Of a DNA stretch of 46,586 nt, positions 40,333 to 46,586 are shown piece by piece. Source of the stretch: Marinobacter sp. (GTDB lineage Bacteria; Pseudomonadota; Gammaproteobacteria; Pseudomonadales; Oleiphilaceae); the NCBI GenBank assembly GCA_033721635.1, contig JAWWAT010000001.1, positions 1 through 46,586 of the forward strand, read 5' to 3'. Each line of letters opens with the position of its first letter. Position 1 is the stretch's first letter. The translations under genes and the position numbers were made by a program. Below the pieces are notes generated by a model. The model worked only from the letters and a program-made list of their open reading frames with translations. It was not told the DNA's origin and did not search any database.

Positions 40333-42975
40333 ATGGGTAAAAGTCTCGTTATTGTCGAGTCACCAGCGAAAGCGAAGACCATTAATAAGTACCTGGGCTC
40401 TGACTTCATCGTCAAATCGAGCGTCGGGCACATTCGTGATCTTCCCGTCAGTGGCAGTGGATCCCAGTCGGATCCCAAAGAGCGTGCCAGGCAGGCTGCT
40501 CTCACCCGGAAAATGAGCCCTGAAGAAAAGGCCGTGCATAAAAAGCGCAAGGCCCGCGAACAGCTGGTCGCCCGAATGGGCGTCGACCCTGATCAGGACT
40601 GGAGCGCCCGTTACGAGATCCTTCCCGGCAAGGAGAAGGTGGTCAGCGAACTCAAGCGTCTGGCTAAATCAGCAGACCACATCTATCTGGCAACGGATTT
40701 GGACCGTGAAGGGGAGGCTATCGCCTGGCACCTTCAGCAAACCATCGGCGGCGAACCCGAAAAGTACCGACGCGTGGTGTTTAACGAGATCACCAAGCGC
40801 GCCATCCAGGAGGCATTCAAGGATCCTGGCAATCTTGATAACAACCGGGTGAATGCCCAGCAGGCCCGTCGCTTCCTGGATCGGGTTGTCGGCTACATGG
40901 TATCGCCGCTGCTGTGGGCCAAGATTGCCCGGGGTCTGTCTGCTGGCCGTGTGCAATCAGTCGCGGTGCGGCTGATCGTGGAGCGGGAGCGGGAAATCCG
41001 GAAATTCGTTCCGGAAGAATTCTGGCAGTTACACGCCGATCTCGCCTCTGCCAAGGCTGATCAGCCGGTCCGTTTTGAAGTGACCCGGCATGATGACAAG
41101 CCATACCGACCGGTCAATGAGCAGCAGAGCAGTGAGCACGTCAACCGCCTCAAAGCGGGCACTTTCAAGGTTGCCAAGCGGGAAGACAAGCCAACGCGTT
41201 CTCGCCCTTCGGCGCCTTTCATTACATCCACGCTGCAGCAGGCTGCCAGTAACCGGATGGGGTTCAGCGTCAAGAAGACCATGATGCTTGCCCAGCGTCT
41301 TTATGAGGCCGGTTTTATTACCTACATGCGTACTGACTCCACCAACCTGAGTCAGGATGCAGTTAACAGTTGCCGCACCTTTATTCAGAAGCAATTTGGC
41401 GACAAGTACCTGCCCGAGAAGCCCCGCGTTTACGGAAGCAAAGAGGGTGCGCAGGAAGCCCACGAGGCCATTCGCCCGACCGAAGTGAGCCGTCGTCCGG
41501 CCGATATCAGCGGCCTTGAGAAGGATGCCGAGAAGCTGTACGACCTGATCTGGCGTCAGTTCATTGCCTGTCAGATGTCGGATGCAGAATTCCTGAGTAC
41601 CTCAATTGTGGTCGCCAACGGCGATTACGAGCTTCGGACCCGTGGCCGGATCATCAAGTTCGAGGGCTTTCTTAAGGCCGCGCCCCAGGCCGCCAAGAAG
41701 GATGAAGACATTGCTCTGCCTGATATCCAGGTCGATGAAGTTCTCGATCTGAAAAAGCTCGATCCGAGTCAGCATTTTACCAAGCCGGCACCCAGGTACA
41801 CTGAGGCCAGCCTGGTCAAAGAGCTTGAAAAGCAGGGCATTGGGCGGCCGTCGACCTACGCCTCGATTATTTCCACGATTCAGGATCGGGGATATGTACG
41901 GCTGCAGAACCGCCGTTTCTACGCCGAGAAGATGGGCGAGATTGTTACCGAGCGCCTCTCGGAGTCTTTCCCGAACCTGATGGACTTCGACTTCACCGCG
42001 AGGATGGAAGATGAGCTCGATGAGATTGCCGAGGGCGATGTCGAGTGGAAGAAAGTCCTGAACGATTTTTACGGCCGGTTCCGGCAACAATTGGAGCAGG
42101 CAGAGAGTGGGGAAGACGGCGGAATGCGCGCCAATACACCCACCGAAACGGATATTCCATGCCCGAGCTGCGGCCGGAATATGCAGATTCGCGTGGCCAG
42201 CACCGGTGTCTTCCTGGGCTGTTCCGGTTATTCATTACCACCGAAGGAACGTTGCAAGACTACCATTAACCTGGTTTCCGGTGATGAAGTGGTCAGCGCT
42301 GACGATGATGTGGAAGGTGAGGGTGAGACCCGCCTGCTTCGCAAGAAGCGGCGTTGTCCCAAGTGTGGCACCGCCATGGACAGTTACCTGGTTGACGAGA
42401 CCCGGAAGCTGCATGTCTGCGGTAACAATCCTGACTGCTCTGGTTACGAGGTTGAGAAAGGCACGTTCCGCATCAAGGGCTACGATGGCCCGACCTTGGA
42501 GTGCGACAAGTGCGGCTCCGAGATGCAGCTGAAAACGGGGCGTTTCGGCAAGTATTTCGGTTGTACCAACACCGAGTGTAAGAACACCCGTAAACTGCTG
42601 AAGAATGGCGAGCCAGCCCCGCCCAAGATGGACCCGGTGCCCATGCCGGAGCTCCAGTGCCAGAAGGTCGATGACACCTACGTTCTTCGCGATGGTGCGT
42701 CCGGCTTGTTCCTGGCCGCCAGTAAATTCCCGAAAAACCGGGAAACACGGCCGCCTTTGGTCATGGAGATCAAACCGCACCGCAAGGAAATTGATCCCAA
42801 GTACGACTACCTGATGGATGCGCCCGAGCGGGACCCAGAAGGCAATCCGACGGTGATCCGTTACAGCCGCAAGAGCAAGGAGCAGTACGTCATGTCCGAG
42901 AAGGATGGCAAGGCGACGGGCTGGTCAGCGTGGTATGTGAACGGTAAGTGGCAGCCGCAAGACAAGAAAAAGTAA
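40333..42975 (+). CDS. topA: DNA topoisomerase I
   Basis: [41 protein letters not shown] (active Tyr), [11 protein letters not shown]-terminal Zn ribbons. Confidence 0.98.
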   Translation: MGKSLVIVESPAKAKTINKYLGSDFIVKSSVGHIRDLPVSGSGSQSDPKERARQAALTRKMSPEEKAVHKKRKAREQLVARMGVDPDQDWSARYEILPGKEKVVSELKRLAKSADHIYLATDLDREGEAIAWHLQQTIGGEPEKYRRVVFNEITKRAIQEAFKDPGNLDNNRVNAQQARRFLDRVVGYMVSPLLWAKIARGLSAGRVQSVAVRLIVEREREIRKFVPEEFWQLHADLASAKADQPVRFEVTRHDDKPYRPVNEQQSSEHVNRLKAGTFKVAKREDKPTRSRPSAPFITSTLQQAASNRMGFSVKKTMMLAQRLYEAGFITYMRTDSTNLSQDAVNSCRTFIQKQFGDKYLPEKPRVYGSKEGAQEAHEAIRPTEVSRRPADISGLEKDAEKLYDLIWRQFIACQMSDAEFLSTSIVVANGDYELRTRGRIIKFEGFLKAAPQAAKKDEDIALPDIQVDEVLDLKKLDPSQHFTKPAPRYTEASLVKELEKQGIGRPSTYASIISTIQDRGYVRLQNRRFYAEKMGEIVTERLSESFPNLMDFDFTARMEDELDEIAEGDVEWKKVLNDFYGRFRQQLEQAESGEDGGMRANTPTETDIPCPSCGRNMQIRVASTGVFLGCSGYSLPPKERCKTTINLVSGDEVVSADDDVEGEGETRLLRKKRRCPKCGTAMDSYLVDETRKLHVCGNNPDCSGYEVEKGTFRIKGYDGPTLECDKCGSEMQLKTGRFGKYFGCTNTECKNTRKLLKNGEPAPPKMDPVPMPELQCQKVDDTYVLRDGASGLFLAASKFPKNRETRPPLVMEIKPHRKEIDPKYDYLMDAPERDPEGNPTVIRYSRKSKEQYVMSEKDGKATGWSAWYVNGKWQPQDKKK

Positions 42976-42986
42976 GACACATAGGG

Positions 42987-43020
42987 CAGGGGCCAGATGA
43001 ACGCTTTCGTCTGGCCCCTG
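42987..43020. terminator. Hairpin between convergent topA and dehydrogenase genes
   Basis: 15-bp stem CAGGGGCCAGATGAA-CGCT-TTCGTCTGGCCCCTG; no strong U-tract. Confidence 0.6.
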
Positions 43021-43030
43021 ATTCAGATAC

Positions 43031-43903
43031 TTACCGGAACTTCCTCAGCCTCTGGATAAGAGAGGAGGTGTCCCAGCGTTTGCCGCCCATGGACTGGACA
43101 TCCGCATAGAACTGATCCACCAGCGCCGTAACTGGTAAAGACGCGTTCACTTTTCTTGCTTCTTCCAGGCAAATACCCAGGTCCTTTCGCATCCAGTCGA
43201 CGGCAAAGCCGTGCTCGAATTCACCGGCCATCATGGTTCCCGAGCGGTTTTCCATTTGCCAGGATTGGGCCGCGCCCTTGGAGATAACGTCCACCACTTT
43301 CGCCACATCCAGTTCGGCCTGCTCAGCAAAGTGCAGCGCTTCTGAAAGGCCCTGTACCAGGCCGGCGATGGCAATCTGGTTTACCATCTTGGTTTTCTGG
43401 CCGCTGCCAGCGGGGCCCATCCGGTTGAGTGCCCGGGCATAGTGTTCCATGACTGGTTCGGCTTTGGCGTAGTCCTGTTCGGATCCGCCGCACATGATTG
43501 TCAGCTTGCCGTTCTCGGCGCCTTGCTGGCCGCCAGACACCGGCGCGTCCACGAATCCCATATTGTTCTTCTTGGCGGCATCAGCGAGGTATTCTGCAAT
43601 GCCGGCAGAAGCTGTCGTGTGGTCGACAAGCACCGCTCCTTCTGAGGCGTTGGCGAGAATGCCCTCGTCGCCCTCGTAAACAGCCTTCAGGTCGGTATCG
43701 GCACCAACACAGGTCAGAACAATATCCGCGCCTGTGACGGCCTCAGCAATGGTGTTGCAGCTGGTTCCTGAGTATTCGCTTGCCCATTGCTCGGCTTTGG
43801 CACTGGTCCGGTTCCAGACTCTGACGTCCAGCCCTGCTTTTGCGAGGTGGCCGGCCATCGGGTAGCCCATAACGCCGAGGCCGATAAACGCTGCTGTAGT
43901 CAT
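43031..43903 (-). CDS. NAD(P)-dependent beta-hydroxyacid dehydrogenase (3-hydroxyisobutyrate/2-hydroxy-3-oxopropionate reductase family)
   Basis: FIGLGVMGYPMA, WNRT, DAPVSGG, GSGQKTKMVNQ (catalytic Lys), FAVDWMRKDL. Confidence 0.9.
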   Translation of the reverse strand: MTTAAFIGLGVMGYPMAGHLAKAGLDVRVWNRTSAKAEQWASEYSGTSCNTIAEAVTGADIVLTCVGADTDLKAVYEGDEGILANASEGAVLVDHTTASAGIAEYLADAAKKNNMGFVDAPVSGGQQGAENGKLTIMCGGSEQDYAKAEPVMEHYARALNRMGPAGSGQKTKMVNQIAIAGLVQGLSEALHFAEQAELDVAKVVDVISKGAAQSWQMENRSGTMMAGEFEHGFAVDWMRKDLGICLEEARKVNASLPVTALVDQFYADVQSMGGKRWDTSSLIQRLRKFR

Positions 43904-43966
43904 TGCTTTCTCCTCTGATGTTTTTGTCGGATTAACTTAGCACAGAAGAGCAGGGCCGCACCCAAT

Positions 43967-43994
43967 AAAAAAGGCCGCTGAATCAGCGGCCTTT
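43967..43994 (-). terminator. Intrinsic terminator of gltA
   Basis: AAAAAAGGCCGCTGA-A-TCAGCGGCCTTT inverted repeat; U-tract on the minus strand. Confidence 0.85.
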
Positions 43995-44019
43995 ACGTGC
44001 TTTACCCGAATAATCAGAC

Positions 44020-45294
44020 TTACTTCGTCGGATAATCCCGGGAATCCGAGCCAGTGTAGAGCTGGCGCGGGCGGCCGATGCGATAGTCGCCACTGACCAT
44101 CTCGTTCCAGTGCGAGAACCAGCCAATGGTCCGCGACAGGGCGAAGATAACGGTGAACATCGAAGTCGGGATTCCGATGGCCTTGAGGATCAGGCCGGAA
44201 TAGAAGTCCACGTTGGGGTACAGCTTGCGCTTGACGAAGTACTCGTCTTCCAGGGCGATCTTCTCGAGGCGCTGGGCAATCTTCAGCAGCGGATCGTTCT
44301 CCAGGCCCAGTTCGGTCAGAACCTCGTGAGCGGTTTCTGCCATCACCTTGGCGCGCGGGTCGAAGTTCTTGTAAACCCGGTGTCCAAAGCCCATGAGGCG
44401 GAATGGATCGTCTTTATCCTTGGCCTTGGCGATGAATTTCTCGATGTTGGATTCGTCCCCAATCTCGGCCAGCATGTCCAGAACCGCTTCGTTGGCGCCA
44501 CCATGTGCAGGGCCCCAGAGAGCGGCAATGCCCGAGGCGATACAGGCGTACGGGTTGGCACCGGTGGAGCCGGCCAGTCGCACGGTGGAAGTTGAAGCGT
44601 TCTGCTCATGATCCGCGTGCAGGATGAAGATCTTGTCCATGGCCTTGGCCAGGATCGGATTCGGCTTGTATTCCTCGCAGGGAACGCCAAACATCATCTG
44701 CAGAAAATTCTCAGAGTAAGAGAGGTCATTGCGCGGATAAATGAAGGGCTGGCCGATGGCGTATTTATAACACCAGGCCGCAATGGTCGGCATCTTTGCA
44801 ATCAGGCGATGGGCGGTGATTTCCCGCTGCTCCTGGCTGGCTACGTCCATTTCACCGTGGTAGAAGGCGGACAGAGCGCCCACAACACCACACATGATGG
44901 CCATCGGGTGTGCGTCACGACGGAAGCCCTGGAAGAAGTTCCGCATCTGGTCGTGCAGCATGGTGTGGTTTTTGATGGTGTCGTGGAACTTCTGGTTCTC
45001 CTCGGCGCTCGGCAGCTCACCGTGAAGGAGGAGGTAGCAGACTTCAAGATAGTCAGAATGTTCGGCCAGCTGCTCAATCGGGTAGCCGCGGTGCAGGAGA
45101 ACGCCGTTTGCTCCGTCGATGTAGGTAATGGCCGATTCGCAGGCTGCTGTGGAAACGAATCCGGGATCGTATGTGAAAACGCCTTCCTGGACTAGGCCTC
45201 GTACGTCGATAACGTCAGGGCCGACGGTGCCTGAATAAACCGGTAGCTCAATGGACTTGTCCCCCACCGAGAGCGTGGCTTTCCTGTCGGTCAT
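44020..45294 (-). CDS. gltA: Citrate synthase (type II)
   Basis: [59 protein letters not shown]. Confidence 0.98.
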   Translation of the reverse strand: MTDRKATLSVGDKSIELPVYSGTVGPDVIDVRGLVQEGVFTYDPGFVSTAACESAITYIDGANGVLLHRGYPIEQLAEHSDYLEVCYLLLHGELPSAEENQKFHDTIKNHTMLHDQMRNFFQGFRRDAHPMAIMCGVVGALSAFYHGEMDVASQEQREITAHRLIAKMPTIAAWCYKYAIGQPFIYPRNDLSYSENFLQMMFGVPCEEYKPNPILAKAMDKIFILHADHEQNASTSTVRLAGSTGANPYACIASGIAALWGPAHGGANEAVLDMLAEIGDESNIEKFIAKAKDKDDPFRLMGFGHRVYKNFDPRAKVMAETAHEVLTELGLENDPLLKIAQRLEKIALEDEYFVKRKLYPNVDFYSGLILKAIGIPTSMFTVIFALSRTIGWFSHWNEMVSGDYRIGRPRQLYTGSDSRDYPTK

Positions 45295-45381
45295 GGTGCT
45301 CTCCTATTTATCAGCTTTGACAGCTTTATCTACGGTTATAGATGCGCTAGAAGGCGCGTATTATCGCAAAACTGGCGGCAA

Positions 45382-45409
45382 AATATAGGGCGTTGGCTTT
45401 TTTTGTCAA
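45382..45409 (-). promoter_or_regulatory. Candidate gltA sigma70 promoter
   Basis: Minus strand TTGACA, 16 nt, TATATT. Confidence 0.6.
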
Positions 45410-45559
45410 TGGAAGAGTCCGGAAAACCCAGAATTTGACATTCGCTGTAAATCAGGGATATCCCGAATAACAACGGATTGGGGGTGGAAAGCGATTTGTC
45501 AATCATCCTTATAGCTGGCTTAACCCCCTGAAATAGGCGGCCTGGGCGACGTTGCAGGT

Positions 45560-45588
45560 TTGTAATTGGTTAGGGTACTCCTTATAAT
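45560..45588 (+). promoter_or_regulatory. Candidate sdhCDA sigma70 promoter
   Basis: TTGTAA (45560-45565), 17 nt, TATAAT (45583-45588). Confidence 0.65.
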
Positions 45589-45771
45589 CCCTAGCCCGGA
45601 ATCGGGGATAAACCTTTTTCCGCTGCCTGTAAATAGCGGGTTGCCGGCGAGGTTTCCTCCCTTCTGAGCCAATCGTGTGCCGGTTTCGTATCAGCACGCC
45701 GATCCTTACATACCAACCATCCGCATCCGGTTTTCCGGTTCCGCGGAACCAAGAGAGAGTGTGAGAGCGCT

Positions 45772-46146
45772 GTGAATAGCAAACGACCAGTAAATCTCGA
45801 TCTCGGCAAGTTTCATTTTCCGCTGCCAGCCATTACGTCCATATTGCACCGTATCAGCGGCATCATCATTTTTGTTGGTGTTGCGTTCCTGCTTTACGGA
45901 CTTCAGCTTTCCCTGTCCGGGGAAGAAGGCTTCAGTCGCGTCAATGAACTGCTGGACAGCTTCCTTGCCAAGCTGATTATCTGGGGCATCTTGTCTGCTC
46001 TGTTGTACCACCTGGTTGCGGGTATAAAGCACCTGTTCATGGACATGGGCATTGGTGAAGAGCTCGAGAGCGGCCGCCTCGCCTCGAAGATCACGATTGT
46101 GGTTTCCGTCATTCTCATCGTTCTGGCAGGAGTCTGGGTATGGTAA
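45772..46146 (+). CDS. sdhC: Succinate dehydrogenase cytochrome b556 subunit
   Basis: RPVNLDL, SILHRISG, YHLVAGIKHLFMD; GTG start. Confidence 0.96.
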   Translation: MNSKRPVNLDLGKFHFPLPAITSILHRISGIIIFVGVAFLLYGLQLSLSGEEGFSRVNELLDSFLAKLIIWGILSALLYHLVAGIKHLFMDMGIGEELESGRLASKITIVVSVILIVLAGVWVW

Positions 46147-46484
46147 ATAGCGTCACAAACCTGGGTCGCAGTGGTGTGTTCGACTGGCTGATCCAGCGGG
46201 TAACCGCCTACGTACTTGCTTTGTATACAATTTTCCTGCTCGGTTACATGTTGACCAGCGATGTTAACTATGACACGTGGAACGCGCTGTTTAACCAGAC
46301 CTGGTTCCGTATCTTTACCCTGATGGCGCTGCTTTCAATTGGTGCTCATGCCTGGGTAGGGCTCTGGACGGTGACCACGGACTATATCAAGGCCATGGGT
46401 CCCAGGTTTATCGTGCAGGCGGCTTGTGGGCTGACCATGTTCGTATATGTGGTTTGGGGCATTCAGATTCTTTGGGGGCTTTAA
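46140..46484 (+). CDS. sdhD: Succinate dehydrogenase hydrophobic membrane anchor
   Basis: GRSGVFDWLIQRVTA, HAWVGLW..TTDYIK. Confidence 0.95.
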   Translation: MVNSVTNLGRSGVFDWLIQRVTAYVLALYTIFLLGYMLTSDVNYDTWNALFNQTWFRIFTLMALLSIGAHAWVGLWTVTTDYIKAMGPRFIVQAACGLTMFVYVVWGIQILWGL

Positions 46485-46487
46485 TCG

Positions 46488-46586
46488 ATGGCTAATATCA
46501 AGACCATGTCTTTTGACGCGATTGTGATCGGCGGTGGTGGCTCCGGCATGCGTGCCGCGCTTCAGCTGACCGAGACCGGCGTCAAT
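46488..46586 (+). CDS. sdhA: Succinate dehydrogenase flavoprotein subunit, N-terminal fragment (runs off the window)
   Basis: Hand translation MANIKTMSFDAIVIGGGGSGMRAALQLTETGVN, with the FAD-binding GxGxxG; follows sdhD. Confidence 0.92.
   Translation, partial: MANIKTMSFDAIVIGGGGSGMRAALQLTETGVN

Noticed and set aside
40445-40580. Basic insertion in the TopA TOPRIM region
   Set aside because: Gammaproteobacterial TopA, including E. coli, has a variable Lys-rich loop between DLP and RMG; not unusual.

Overview
Core-genome window from a marine, Marinobacter-like gammaproteobacterium (inferred from gene order and protein style). In order: the 3' end of the flagellar hook-junction genes (flgK partial, flgL); tRNA-Leu(CAA)-queA-tgt-yajC-secD-secF; suhB (minus strand); trmJ-cysE-iscR-iscS; ndk-rlmN-pilW-rodZ-ispG-hisS-yfgM-bamB-der; a minus-strand PAS/GGDEF/EAL-ackA-pta block; a 50-aa ccoM-like gene missed by the ORF track, with a perfect FNR/ANR box; tRNA-Glu; TIGR01777, CbiX-short, DUF924 and L,D-transpeptidase genes; tRNA-Gly; MOSC-uup-Cys-rich DUF; usp; a secreted hypothetical protein; fadBA with a PsrA-like operator; topA; a beta-hydroxyacid dehydrogenase; gltA; and sdhCDA (sdhA partial). 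I see no mobile element, CRISPR array or defence island, and no clearly new multi-gene system. The best signals lie inside familiar genes. (1) SuhB has lost almost all inositol-monophosphatase catalytic residues yet stays intact in its ancestral locus, so it is a probable natural pseudoenzyme. (2) The isc operon is reduced to iscR-iscS, and IscS has lost the surfaces that bind the missing ISC partners. (3) The unannotated CcoM-like microprotein has an FNR box and a His-rich tail. Comparisons with E. coli and Pseudomonas proteins are from memory and need confirming by alignment.
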